Assembly (NCBI GenBank): GCA_963713825.1
Contig: CAVQNG010000003.1
Location: forward strand, 640,001 to 704,000
Direction of reading: 5' to 3'
Length of the DNA: 64,000 nucleotides
Source of the DNA: an uncultured Acidobacteriota bacterium
GTDB lineage: Bacteria; Acidobacteriota; Thermoanaerobaculia; Multivoradales; JAHEKO01
Part shown: positions 9,395 through 19,812 of the stretch, one piece after another
How positions within the stretch are numbered: position 1 is the stretch's first letter
How the letters are laid out: each line of letters starts with the position of its first letter
Notes under the pieces: generated by a model
What the model was told of the DNA's origin: nothing
Seen by the model: only the letters and a program-made list of their open reading frames with translations
Databases searched by the model: none
Program-made: the position numbers and the translations under genes

Positions 9395-10781
9395 GACGAA
9401 CGATCCTCTGAAGGGCTATCGTGGCAGAGCGCGGGAACGGCTGCAAGAGTGGGGGGTACGAGTGTGGAGCGAGGTCCGCATCCGCAACGACGAAGACAGC
9501 ACCTTCGAAGGCGTCATCCTGCCTCGCAGCGAGACCTCTGACGATCTGCACGTTGTCCTGAAACTGGCGACAGGCTACAACGTCGGTCTCCATATCGATC
9601 GCATCCGCGAGGTCGAGGAGTTGGGATTCAAGGAGGCCGTCTACAAGATTCCGGAACAGGAGTTTCCTCACAGCCCCGACCTGCCGAAGGTCACCCTTCT
9701 GGGCACCGGCGGCACCATCGCCTCCCGCCTGGATTATCGAACAGGAGCGGTCATTCCGGCTTTCACCCCTGGTGAGCTTTACGGCGCCGTTCCCGAGTTG
9801 GCAGATCTCTGCAACCTGACGACCCGAAAGATCTTCGGGGTCTTCTCCGAGAACATGGGCTGGGAGGAGTACGCCACCCTGGCGCAGGCCATCGGCGACG
9901 AGATCGAGGCCGGCGTCGACGGCGTCGTCATCGGGCACGGCACCGACACCATGGGCCACACCGCCGCTGTGCTCAGTTTCATGGTCCAGAACAGCCCTGT
10001 TCCCATCGTCGTGGTAGGGAGCCAGAGAAGCTCCGATCGCCCCTCGAGCGACGCAGCGCTGAACCTGATCCACGCCGTGCGCTCGGCGGCCTACGGAGAC
10101 ATCGCTGAAGTCCAGATCTGTATGTTCGGTCCGACTTCCGACCAATACGGCTTACTGCATCGCGGCACCCGCTGTCGCAAAATGCACAGCTCGTATCGCA
10201 GCACCTTTCGCACCGTCGGCGATATTCCCCTTTGCCGGGTAAGCGCCACCGACTTCGGCACGCTGACCCATGAGTACCTACCCCGCAATCCTCACAGACG
10301 GGTGAAGATCGACCCTCGCTACGACGATCGTGTAACGATTCTCTACTACTATCCGGGAATGAAGGCCGATGTCGTGGATGCCCTGGTCGAACAGGACTAC
10401 AAGGGCATTGTCATCGCCGGCACCGGTCTCGGCCACGTCAACAAACCGGTCTTTCCGGCGCTCGAGCGAGCCATCGCCAAAGGTGTCCACGTAGTCATGA
10501 CCGTACAGACTCTCTGGGGCTATGCCCAAATGTACGTCTATGACACGGGTCGCGACCTGCTGGACATCGGCGTCGTGCCGCTCGACAACATGCTGCCGGA
10601 AACGGCACTCATGAAGCTGGGGTGGGTGCTGGGTCATACCCACGATCACGACGAGGTGCGGGAGATGATGCGGCACTCCTACAGCCATGAAATCACCGAA
10701 CGGGAACCCCACAATGGGTATCTCATCCTGCAGGGAGGCCTCCCCGAGACCGAGGAATACATCCTCAGTCAGTGGAAGTAG
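9387..10781 (+). CDS. gatD: Glu-tRNA(Gln) amidotransferase subunit D (asparaginase-like glutaminase)
   Basis: GatD N-terminal domain (FEGVILPR...VLKLATGYNVG), TGGTIASRLDYRTGAV, HGTDTM, GSQRSSDRPSSD, RKMHSSYR, GTGLGHV; overlaps the gatE stop. Confidence 0.95.
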   Translation: MTETNDPLKGYRGRARERLQEWGVRVWSEVRIRNDEDSTFEGVILPRSETSDDLHVVLKLATGYNVGLHIDRIREVEELGFKEAVYKIPEQEFPHSPDLPKVTLLGTGGTIASRLDYRTGAVIPAFTPGELYGAVPELADLCNLTTRKIFGVFSENMGWEEYATLAQAIGDEIEAGVDGVVIGHGTDTMGHTAAVLSFMVQNSPVPIVVVGSQRSSDRPSSDAALNLIHAVRSAAYGDIAEVQICMFGPTSDQYGLLHRGTRCRKMHSSYRSTFRTVGDIPLCRVSATDFGTLTHEYLPRNPHRRVKIDPRYDDRVTILYYYPGMKADVVDALVEQDYKGIVIAGTGLGHVNKPVFPALERAIAKGVHVVMTVQTLWGYAQMYVYDTGRDLLDIGVVPLDNMLPETALMKLGWVLGHTHDHDEVREMMRHSYSHEITEREPHNGYLILQGGLPETEEYILSQWK

Positions 10782-10797
10782 GAATTTTCCTCAGAAC

Positions 10798-13032
10798 TCA
10801 ATCTTGGATCGTGAACTTTGTGGTGCGGGTCTGGGCGGTGTCATTTCCCGGCCCGTTAGCCCTGACTTCGAGTCGGTAGTCACCCGCTTCCAACCCTTGC
10901 GTCGAGAAGGTGCCGGGAATCCACCGAGTGCCACCGAAACCGGTTGGCAGGGATTCGTGCCAGCGCACCTCTGGCGTCTCGACCGGCTCGCCGCCCAGAG
11001 TCAGGATCCGGGCCTCGATACCTGGGCGTACGTTTCCCGAGGTCAAAACCGGTACCAGAATCGAGGCCTGAGTGCCGGTTCCCAGCGCCGGGCTCACCCA
11101 GGGCATGAACCGGCTCTCACCAGCAACCAGGAGATCGCCGCTCCCGGCGCTCTGGGTTGAAGGGTCCGTCACCATGAGCCACTGTCCAGAGTCGTCGACA
11201 AACAAGGGGGCGCCAACATGAAGCGCCAGCTCTGGCGCCTCGGGGACCAACAACCGGGTCGTCGATAACGAAACTTCGCCACTCCTCAGGTTGCGAACCA
11301 TGACTCGGAGCTGGTAATCACCCGGAGGCAAGTCGAGCTCGCCGAAAAACCGCACTCCTCCATTGCCCAGGTGCTTCTCCAACTCCCCCAGGTCGAGCTG
11401 AAAACCACTGGCGAAGAAGCCCTGTACTTTCCAGTCCCCGTCGATGGCAAAAACCTGGATCTCGAGAGCCGACTTGTCTTTGCTCCGCTTGCGCTCCGGC
11501 GAAAGGTCTTCCCATGGCAGATCCACCAGCACTGGCACACGCCAGCGACCGTCCTCCAGCACCAAGGGCTCAGCGAGCGTGGCAATCTGCAGCTCCTCGA
11601 CCTCTTCGGCGGTCAGCACCATCTCGGCGGCATCGACGCGCCACTCCGACAATAATCGGTCCCGAGTCGGTTCGGGTGCATAGTAGCCCGGCCGATGAAA
11701 AATCTTGGCGCGGCGCAGGGGGGTCGCGAGCCGCACCTCGATCTCGTGATACTGCCCATCCCATTCCAGGTCCTGCGGCTGAAAGCTCAAGACGTAGCTC
11801 GCCCCGGTTCGCCGCAGCACCCGTGCTGTGGCCTGGCTGAGGTCGTTGAAGTTCTCCTGCAGCTCACCCCCTGTCTCCTTGGCCAGGTAGAGCAAGGAAT
11901 CGGCAGAGTAACCTCGCCGCTGTCGGGCCTCGGGAATCCCGCTCACATCCACGGCATAGACAGTCCAGCCGCTATTGCGAATGCCGCGGAGCAGCTCCTG
12001 AAGGTAGCCGAGACCCAGGGCGTCCCTCAAGAGACTGTTGTCGAAGCCCTCGGACAAGAGAACGAACTGCTTCTCGCCCGTGATCTCTCTCAGTAGCGTG
12101 AAGAGCTCCGCCAGAGACCGAGACATCGCTCGCAGATTGCTCATGTCGGGCCCACCAGCAAGCTGCGGCGCCAGGTCGATTGGCTTCTGCGCGGCAATCT
12201 GAACCCATCGGACCTCTTTCTTGTAGGCACCGACTGACCCGCCCTGCTCCCCCGCGCCCGGGACCTCCGGGCCGCCACTCGTCGGCACGGCGATGGCTAC
12301 GGAGGGACTCACCAGGGCCAGAGCCGCCGTCGCACCGAGCTCCTCGGTCAGGCGTTGAAAGACCTGCACCGAAGAATCCGCAGCCCCGTCGTTGGCGCCG
12401 AAGCGAAGCTGATTCAGGTGCTCGATGATCGAGCGCTGTGCCTGTCGATCTGCTTCCAGGATCGCTCCGACCAGATCGAGGGCGGCCGATAGCTCCTCCG
12501 GTTCGTTGGTAAAGCCGATCAGAAGAGTCAGACCCGAGAGCTTGCCATAGGTGGCGACTGCCACCCGATCCATGGGATGAAGCTGGCTCGAGGCCATTTT
12601 CCGGACCGCCTTCAGGGAACGCGCGAGATACTGCCGGCGAGTGCTGCTGAAATCGAAGAGGACCAAGAGGCGGCGACCTGCCGCCCGAGTCTCCAGAGGC
12701 TCGCTTGTCGGCGGCAGGCTCTCGAACCGAGCCAGCACCTGTGACTCGAAGGCCGTGATCTCCTGCAACTCTCCCTGGTCGTAGATCTCGAAGTCGTCCT
12801 TCGTCAGCCCGGCGATCGGCTCACCCTTGACGAGAACTCGGACCGGAACCTCCACAACCGTCACTTCAAGTGTTTCGGAGTACTGATCCGAGGACAGAGG
12901 TGAATCCTCAGGGGTCACCTGGGCGTCGAGCAGAGCGGGCAACACCCCGGCTGAGATGCAAAGTGCACCGAGTCCTATCGTGACCACATCTCTCCACCTA
13001 GATCCCATATCAGCTGGCTTCATGCAATCCAT
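10798..13032 (-). CDS. Acidobacterial VWA-related domain protein (secreted)
   Basis: VVEVPVRVLVKGEPIAGLTKDDFEIYDQG, K..VLLSEGF, LAKETGG, YVLSFQP..DGQYHEIEVRL and HRPGYYAP. Confidence 0.85.
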   Translation of the reverse strand: MDCMKPADMGSRWRDVVTIGLGALCISAGVLPALLDAQVTPEDSPLSSDQYSETLEVTVVEVPVRVLVKGEPIAGLTKDDFEIYDQGELQEITAFESQVLARFESLPPTSEPLETRAAGRRLLVLFDFSSTRRQYLARSLKAVRKMASSQLHPMDRVAVATYGKLSGLTLLIGFTNEPEELSAALDLVGAILEADRQAQRSIIEHLNQLRFGANDGAADSSVQVFQRLTEELGATAALALVSPSVAIAVPTSGGPEVPGAGEQGGSVGAYKKEVRWVQIAAQKPIDLAPQLAGGPDMSNLRAMSRSLAELFTLLREITGEKQFVLLSEGFDNSLLRDALGLGYLQELLRGIRNSGWTVYAVDVSGIPEARQRRGYSADSLLYLAKETGGELQENFNDLSQATARVLRRTGASYVLSFQPQDLEWDGQYHEIEVRLATPLRRAKIFHRPGYYAPEPTRDRLLSEWRVDAAEMVLTAEEVEELQIATLAEPLVLEDGRWRVPVLVDLPWEDLSPERKRSKDKSALEIQVFAIDGDWKVQGFFASGFQLDLGELEKHLGNGGVRFFGELDLPPGDYQLRVMVRNLRSGEVSLSTTRLLVPEAPELALHVGAPLFVDDSGQWLMVTDPSTQSAGSGDLLVAGESRFMPWVSPALGTGTQASILVPVLTSGNVRPGIEARILTLGGEPVETPEVRWHESLPTGFGGTRWIPGTFSTQGLEAGDYRLEVRANGPGNDTAQTRTTKFTIQD

Positions 13033-13101
13033 GGGCCGGCCTCCTCACCAAACCTATACCCCTCCCAGGAGGACCAGCTCCACGCGGAGTAGAATGAGAG
13101 C

Positions 13102-13371
13102 ATGAAGACCATCGTCAACAAGACGCCGTCACCGGTTCGGGTGCCGTTGCCCAGGGGAAAGGTCCTCCACCTCGGACCGCTCAAGAGCGGTCAGGTCTCT
13201 CACAAGGTTCTCGATCATGAACCCCTTCGCGAGATGATCGAAGCAGGCCAGATCGAGATCCAGGGCGACGGCCCGGGGGTGGACGCGACTCACGAGCGTT
13301 CGAGAGGTCCCAACGTGAAGACTCGGGGGCATCACCCTGCTACCAGCTCGCCGGTCAAAGGCGACCGCTAG
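13102..13371 (+). CDS. Small hypothetical protein, possibly leaderless
   Basis: ORF with typical composition; TAGAAT ends 6 nt before the ATG. Confidence 0.6.
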   Translation: MKTIVNKTPSPVRVPLPRGKVLHLGPLKSGQVSHKVLDHEPLREMIEAGQIEIQGDGPGVDATHERSRGPNVKTRGHHPATSSPVKGDR

Positions 13372-13383
13372 CCACCCTGACCG

Positions 13384-13767
13384 CTAGCCACGACGAGCCA
13401 TCACCAGAAGCGCGCCGGTGATGTAGGCAATGACCCACCAGCTGTAGGCGAGGCGTGAGTAGCGGTGCAGCCAGTCGGGAACGAGGGCTTCCCCCGCCTC
13501 GAGGCGATACCTCCAGGCAAAGAAGGTCTCGAGCAACATCGCCGCCAACGACGAGTAGCCGAGAAACCCATGGGCCGTAAACGGACCCTTCGAGGAGCCT
13601 GTGATCATGCAGGCCGTGGCGATGATGTCGAAGGTCACCCCCGCTGTCAGAAAGACAAGCACGCGCTTGGTGATGCGGCGGCCGCGCTGCTCCGAAACGA
13701 TGCCGATGGTGTAGAAGATCAGCGCCAAATTGACGATCAGGGTGCCAGCCATCAGTACGGGGCTCAT
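13384..13767 (-). CDS. Small 4-TM protein (TIGR03987/HsmA-like)
   Basis: LALIFYTIG..SE, G..FD..AT.CM, HGFLG...LAAML pattern; GGAG RBS. Confidence 0.7.
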   Translation of the reverse strand: MSPVLMAGTLIVNLALIFYTIGIVSEQRGRRITKRVLVFLTAGVTFDIIATACMITGSSKGPFTAHGFLGYSSLAAMLLETFFAWRYRLEAGEALVPDWLHRYSRLAYSWWVIAYITGALLVMARRG

Positions 13768-13823
13768 CGTGGGTCTCCTGGGAACTTGCGGACTTGGGGG
13801 CTTAGGGGCTGCAACAGCGTGGC

Positions 13824-14294
13824 CTACTCCTTCTTGCCGAAGAAAGCTGCGACAAGAAGACAGGCGCCGATCAGCACGAGAATGAGCTGCCAGTTCTCGA
13901 ATAGATAGGAGGCCACGTCATCCGTCTGGGGAATCGAAGTGAGAATCAGGGCGGCACCCGGAATCAGGGGCCAGAACTGTCGCCGCTTCTCAATCAGAAA
14001 GCCCAGTACCCAGATCGCGACAAATCCCAATCCCAGGCCGAGAAGCGTGCTGTCGGCCGAGGGGTCGATCCACCCCTCTCCAGTGCTTCCCAGACCCAGG
14101 CCGAGGAGCAGGCAACCGGGGATCAGCAGCCCGAACTGTCGCTTGTAGAAGTAGCCACCCAGAAAAGCGGCACCAAGGATGAGCAGCACCGCCTCATCCC
14201 CGATGCTGGTGTAGTGTTGCTGAAGATAAAGGCCTACTCCGACAACGATCAGAACCAAGCCGGCCCCGATCCGTCGTTGCCTCAAGTCGCCCAT
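13824..14294 (-). CDS. Hypothetical membrane protein (LiaF/DUF5668-like)
   Basis: Multiple TM helices with GLLIPG and WPLIPG repeats. Confidence 0.7.
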   Translation of the reverse strand: MGDLRQRRIGAGLVLIVVGVGLYLQQHYTSIGDEAVLLILGAAFLGGYFYKRQFGLLIPGCLLLGLGLGSTGEGWIDPSADSTLLGLGLGFVAIWVLGFLIEKRRQFWPLIPGAALILTSIPQTDDVASYLFENWQLILVLIGACLLVAAFFGKKE

Positions 14295-14301
14295 CGCCAG
14301 C

Positions 14302-14835
14302 CTAGTCGACGGCCGTGATCGTCACGGGAACAGCCAGCTTCTCCCATCGAAGCACCACGTCGGACTCATCGATCTCGAACATCATGCTCTCGACGAATTC
14401 CGCGGCTTCCGGCTCCACCGTCACCCTGAGGGCATCCTCACCTTCGTCGTATTTCATAGCGCCCCATTGCTCCGGCACCTTGTTGAAGATGACCACCCAC
14501 TCGGACTCACCCGGGATCGTGAACAGGCCATAGGTACCGGCGGCAAGCGCTTTGCCCTCGACCATCACGTCCTTGTTGATGGAGATCGTGGTGGCCTCGT
14601 TGGCACCGGTCCGCCAGACCTTGTCGTAGGGAACCAGACCTCCCCAGATGGCGCGGCTCTTGACGTTCGGGCTACCGTACTCCAGTGTCACGTCGATCCC
14701 ATCGACGCTGCCTTCGGTCTTGCCGTTCTTGCTCGCCCGATCCGCGTCGTCTCCCCTCTCGGCCATCGACGGAACGACTGCCAACAGCGAGATCATCACC
14801 AGGACCACAAAGATACTGCTCTTACTGCACCGCAT
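14302..14835 (-). CDS. DUF2911 domain secreted protein
   Basis: Signal peptide; YGSPNVKSRAIWGGLVPYDKVWRTGANEATT and GTYGLFTIPG. Confidence 0.9.
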   Translation of the reverse strand: MRCSKSSIFVVLVMISLLAVVPSMAERGDDADRASKNGKTEGSVDGIDVTLEYGSPNVKSRAIWGGLVPYDKVWRTGANEATTISINKDVMVEGKALAAGTYGLFTIPGESEWVVIFNKVPEQWGAMKYDEGEDALRVTVEPEAAEFVESMMFEIDESDVVLRWEKLAVPVTITAVD

Positions 14836-14948
14836 ACGACACCTCCTGGGCGTTCAACCCTAGCTTTCTTGAATGTTTCGATTGGTATTCGGCTCTTAGC
14901 TGCTGTCAGTGTAACCTAGGACCGCCTCGAATCCCACCGGAGAATCCA

Positions 14949-16259
14949 ATGCCCGTCAGACTCAAGATCGGATTCAGCCTGGCCGCGCTGCTTGCGCTGT
15001 CGCTCGCCGCCTGCCAGTCGGTCGAGCCACTAGGAGATTCCATGGACGAGATCGCGGAGTCCTTCGTCAAATTGGTACTGGCAGTCGGCCAGCACGACGT
15101 CGACTACGTCGATGCCTACTTCGGGCCCGAAGAATGGCGAACCGAGGCCCAGGAGTCAGCCCTGAGCTTGGAGGAAGTTCGACAGCGAGCGATTGCCGCC
15201 ATGGAGGCCCTACAGTCGCTCGACTCGGAGCCCGATGACGACCTTGCAGCAGCTCGCCGTCTCTTTATGGGCAAGAGCCTCGAATCGCTCATCGCGCGGG
15301 TCGATCTGCTCGCCGACAAACCGATGACGTTCGATCAAGAGTCGGTCGCCCTCTACGACGCTGCGGCCCCAACCCTTTCTGCCGAGCACTTTCAAGCAAT
15401 CCTGGCCCAACTCGGTGCGCGTTTGCCCGGTGAGGGCCCTATCCTCGAGCGTTTCGAAGCCTTCAGAAAGGACTACATCATCCCGCCCGAGCGCCTCGAT
15501 GACGTATTCCAGGCAGCTATCGATGCCTGCCGTCAGGAGACCCGCAAGCACATCGATCTGCCCAAGGACGAGAGCTTCACAGTCGAATACGTGACGGACA
15601 AGTCCTGGAGCGGTTACAACTGGTACAAGGGTGGCTACCAGAGCCTCATCCAGGTCAACACCGATCTGCCCATCTACATCGATCGCGCCCTCGATCTCGC
15701 CTGTCATGAGGGCTACCCGGGCCATCATGTCTACAACCTCCTGCTGGAACGGGAGATGGTCGAGAAGCGCGGTTGGATGGAGTTCACGATCTACCCGCTT
15801 TTCAGCCCCCGCTCCTTCCTGGCAGAGGGCACAGCCAACTTCGGTATCGATGTGACCTTTCCCTCGGACAAGCGTCTCGAGCTCGAAGAGACGGTCCTCT
15901 TTCCGCTGGCCGGCCTCGACCCTGGCCGAGCTGGCGAGTACTACGAGGTTCAGGATCTCGCCAAACAGCTGGGGTTCGCCGGCAATGAGGCCGCACGCGG
16001 CTATCTGGATGGAACCATGGACGCCGAGCAGGCGGTCGATTGGCTGACGACCTACTCCTTGATGAGTCGCCCCCGTGCCGAGCAGCGCCTGCGCTTCATC
16101 GAGCAGTATCGGAGCTATGTGATCAACTACAACCTTGGCCAGGAGATGGTTGCTCGGCACATCGAGAGCCATGGAGGCACCCCGGATCAGCCCGAGGAGC
16201 GGTGGCGGCTGTTCACCAATCTGATCTCGAGGCCGGCGGTGGCCTCGGAGCTCGACTGA
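14949..16259 (+). CDS. Lipoprotein, DUF885-like zinc metallopeptidase fold
   Basis: Lipobox LAAC; HEGYPGHH and downstream AEGTANF; YRSYVINY; GGAG RBS. Confidence 0.8.
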   Translation: MPVRLKIGFSLAALLALSLAACQSVEPLGDSMDEIAESFVKLVLAVGQHDVDYVDAYFGPEEWRTEAQESALSLEEVRQRAIAAMEALQSLDSEPDDDLAAARRLFMGKSLESLIARVDLLADKPMTFDQESVALYDAAAPTLSAEHFQAILAQLGARLPGEGPILERFEAFRKDYIIPPERLDDVFQAAIDACRQETRKHIDLPKDESFTVEYVTDKSWSGYNWYKGGYQSLIQVNTDLPIYIDRALDLACHEGYPGHHVYNLLLEREMVEKRGWMEFTIYPLFSPRSFLAEGTANFGIDVTFPSDKRLELEETVLFPLAGLDPGRAGEYYEVQDLAKQLGFAGNEAARGYLDGTMDAEQAVDWLTTYSLMSRPRAEQRLRFIEQYRSYVINYNLGQEMVARHIESHGGTPDQPEERWRLFTNLISRPAVASELD

Positions 16260-16282
16260 GAGAATCGTCAGCAATTCGAGTC

Positions 16283-16492
16283 ATGCCACAACCGACCGAC
16301 AGCTACGGCGAATTCGAAGTCAGCGAGCTCTACTGCGCCAAGTGCAAGCGGGCAACGCCCGTGCGCAAGCGTTTGCTCCTGGTACTGCCCTCCGGTAACA
16401 AGTTCGACTATCTCTGCTCGGTCTGCGGTAACTCGGTCGGCTCCAAGATGGACGACGACACCTCCTCCTTTACCATCCTGCCGCCCAAGTGA
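16283..16492 (+). CDS. Small Zn-ribbon protein
   Basis: CAKC...CSVC pairs with PVRKRLLLVLP. Confidence 0.7.
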   Translation: MPQPTDSYGEFEVSELYCAKCKRATPVRKRLLLVLPSGNKFDYLCSVCGNSVGSKMDDDTSSFTILPPK

Positions 16493-16513
16493 TCGAGCGA
16501 CTCGCCTTCCATG

Positions 16514-16678
16514 AGAGGCCCGTCCGGGTGGTTCGCAGGGGGACGGCGTCGGCTACTCAGACTGCGGCGGGGGGCCGCCACCTCGTCTCGTCATCGCGCC
16601 CCATCTCCTGTGCCCTATCAAGGTCCTTGCGCCGCGCTCGACTCGGCGCCCCCTAGCGAACCACCCGAACGAACCTCT
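16514..16678. repeat. MITE/REP-like element with ~29-bp imperfect terminal inverted repeats
   Basis: agaggcccgtccgggtggttcgcaggggg (16514-16542) vs ccccctagcgaaccacccgaacgaacctct (16649-16678); partial arm copy at 20093-20114. Confidence 0.6.
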
Positions 16679-16938
16679 GGCGCAGCTGAAGGCAGTAGGG
16701 GCGTAGGGGGTGAGTCAGCAATCCGATTCGTGCTGTGTCTCGAAGGTGGTAGATCGGGCCATGGGTCTCCCTCGTCGGAGGGGCATGGTCGGGTGAGGCC
16801 GCAGACGGGGGAGATCCCTGGGTCGATCGGCCCTCTCAGCTCCAAGCCCTCAAGGACCGGCTGGAGCAAGCGACGGCCGCCTCACCCTCAAGCCCTCAAA
16901 GAACGCCCGGAGGTACGACGGGCGCCTCAACCCCCTTC

Positions 16939-19645
16939 TCAGTCCACGATGACGCGGAAGCCGATGTAGGCGGGGTCGGGAGGCTCGGTTTCGGAGGCGC
17001 GGTCCGCGCTCGGCCCGACTGCCTCGCCTTCACCATTCCCATTGGTTGCCCACTCTGCTGCATTGCCGTCGAGATCGAAGATCGGGTCATGGCCCGATCC
17101 TGCCAGACTGCCCACCGGCTTCAGGAGCGAAAGATCCGGATGTGCGGCCAAGGCCTCTAGAATCGCGGCTCGATCTTCCGGGTTCGGACTGTAGTCGGCC
17201 CATCGATCCAGGGTGTTGCCGGAGGTCCCTGCAATTGCCATGAGCTTCTTGGCTTCGGCGACTGCAGGCAGGCGAAAGGGCTGACCCGTGATTCCGGTCA
17301 ACCAGCTCGCATACTCGACCGCCTGAGCATGGGAGACTCCTGTCATCGGCAAGTTCTCCTCTCCCGGCCGACATCTCGGTGGTCGGATCGAACGCTGCAT
17401 ATTGCGCCCGGGTGACTTCGAAACGCCCCACCTCCACGCCGTTGAAACTGACGGTCTCAGGCGTTGGCTTACCGCCCTTCTCCAGGCCATAGGCGTGATC
17501 CATCCGGGCCGCACCGCCCGTCGCCAACAGACCAGCCAACGGGGAGTTCTCCTTGATCGCGCCGCCGCCCTCTTCGTCCACACCAAACAGGTGGAGATCG
17601 AACCAAGCGAGATCCTCTTCGATCTTGCGCCGCTGATGGGCGGGCTTTTGCAGGCTGTGCGGCTCATCCGGATAAAGCAGGAGCTTGGTCGGCGCCTTGC
17701 CTTCCTGTTGGAGCACCCGAAAGAGAGACCACGACTGGTGCGGTGGCACATTGCGATCAGCCGTGCCGGTGTGAACCAGGGTCGGCGTGGTCACCTCGTG
17801 CAATCGGAAGAACGGTGACTTTTCCAGATAGACCTCCGGTTTCTCCCACGGAGTACCACCGAAATAGTAGTTATCGAAGGCTGCCCCGAAATCGACGTTT
17901 GCCCAATCCGAGAACCACTCCACGTCCGCCGCGCCGATGATGGCTGCCCGATAGCGTCGAGTCTCCGTGATGAGTGCCGCCGTCAAGATTCCCCCGTTGC
18001 TCCAGCCACTGGACGCCAGCCTGTCCGCATCGACCAGACCGCTTCGAAGCACCGCGTCGACCCCGAGTTCGATGTCGGGAACCTCGAGATCGTAGTATTT
18101 GCCCTCGCCGATCGACTCCACCCAGTCGAGGCCATAGTTCGAGCTGCCGTGGTAGTTGACCTGCAGCACGAAGGCGCCCCTCTGACGCCACAGAATGTTG
18201 GGGTCGTGCCAGTCGGAATCCCAGGTGTCCCGATCGACACCGGTCGGTCCGCCATGGATATCGAGGAGCAGAGGGTACTTCCTACCTTCCTCCCAGCCGA
18301 GCGGATAGTGGAGGAGACCCTCCACCTCCTCGCCCAGTGCCCCCTTCCAACGAAGCACTTCGGTGCGACCGGTGGTCTTTCCGGCGAAACTCGGATTGAG
18401 ATCGCTGAGCCTCTGAACCTGTTCGACCCGGGCACCATTCAACACGGCTCCGTACCACTGCCCAGGCACGTTCGCTGTCGAGTACTCGTAGGCAATTCGG
18501 GACCCGTCGGGAGAAGCAATCAGCCTGTCCAGATTCGAAATGTGTTCCCCCGTCAGATCGGTTCGGTTCCAATCGGCCCCATGGCGATCGATCCGGGCCG
18601 CCCGGTAACGCACTCCGTCGGCTAGCAGCACCAACACACCACCCTCTATCGCCTCGTAGCTTCGTCCCACCCCCGAGGGCCAGTCCATTACCACGCGCTC
18701 GGGCTCGCCGGTGTCCAGAGGGTAGTACCAGAGCTCATCGATCGTCGCCGTTCTATAGGTTGGATGGCGAGTGAAACGATCGGTGAAGTAGAAGCCCATT
18801 GAATCCGGCGCCCATTGAATTGCGTTCAGAAGCAACCGTCCATCGACCAATAGGCGTTTCTCCTCGCCCGTCGCCAAATCGACGAGCCGAGCCCGAGGAG
18901 GAGTCTTCTGATCGAACTCGTACGACAGGCTCTGATGCGCCGTTAAGACTGCATGGCGACCGTCTGGGGATACTGCCAGCTCGTTGATCCAATCGCTGTT
19001 GCGCGTCAGTGGTTCGACGTCCGCCCCGCCGAGCCACACCTTGAAGAGACGAACTGGTGGCGTATGCTCCGCGTCGTCCACGATCTGGGAGGTGTCCTTG
19101 GCTTTCTTGCGCTGCTGCTCCCAAAGGCTCGGCGCTTCCTGAGCCGCGATCACCAGGGTCTCATCGTCCACCCAGCCGAAGTCCTCGACACTGCGTTCCA
19201 AGCGTGTCACCGGCCTTGCCTCGCCACCCGAGAGCGCCAGCGCCCAGAGCTGGGTCTTACCCGTCTTGCCTTCCTCTCCGCCGGGTACCGAGCGGTTCGA
19301 CAGAAACGCTACGTGGCGGCCGTCAGGTGAGAACGCCGGGCTGGAGACTCTCTCCTGGCCCCGGGTCAGCTGAACCCGGGAACCGTTCTCCAGTCGACTC
19401 AGCCAGAGCCTCGAGACCTCCTTTTCCTCATCACCGACCTTTTCGACGGACTTCTTGACCCAGACCGCGACACTGCCATCCGGAGACAGTTTCCATCCTT
19501 CGGAGGATTCCGCCAGGACCAGGTCCTCCACGGTCCAGAGCTCTGGCCGCCCGACGTCGCTCCACGCAGGGGTGGACCAGAGCAGGACGATCGCCAGCAA
19601 CGCAGGCCTGATCAACCATCCAACGACAGATACAGAACGTGACAT
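16939..19645 (-). CDS. S9 family (acylaminoacyl/dipeptidyl) peptidase fused to a C-terminal FGE-sulfatase-like domain; one frameshift near 17365
   Basis: Signal peptide, PD40 propeller, IHGGP, GWSNGG, DRNVP, PDEPH; then GRFEVTRAQY / NLPMTGVS...FRLP...DLDGNAAEW...IGFRV split across two frames. Confidence 0.85.
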
Positions 19646-19812
19646 GGTGATCCCTCCTCAAGAGACACACAAAACGACAACAGCGACAATCTACCACCGG
19701 CCAACTCGGAGCCGCGCAGGGCGGAAGGCCAGGCATGCCCCCAAAAAGACGGCGCGAAGACCACAGCTGGAAACAGGCGCAGTGACGATGAAGGGTTTGG
19801 GAGCTGAGTTCC

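Noticed and set aside
9387-10781. Ordinary L-asparaginase beside gatB
   Set aside because: It has the GatD-specific N-terminal domain and ASRLDYRTGAV, and the partner has GatE-specific motifs and an insertion domain.
16939-17450. DGR target (FGE/CLec fold) or programmed frameshift
   Set aside because: No template repeat or RT seen and no recognisable slippery heptamer; a one-base indel in a G/A run is the simpler explanation.
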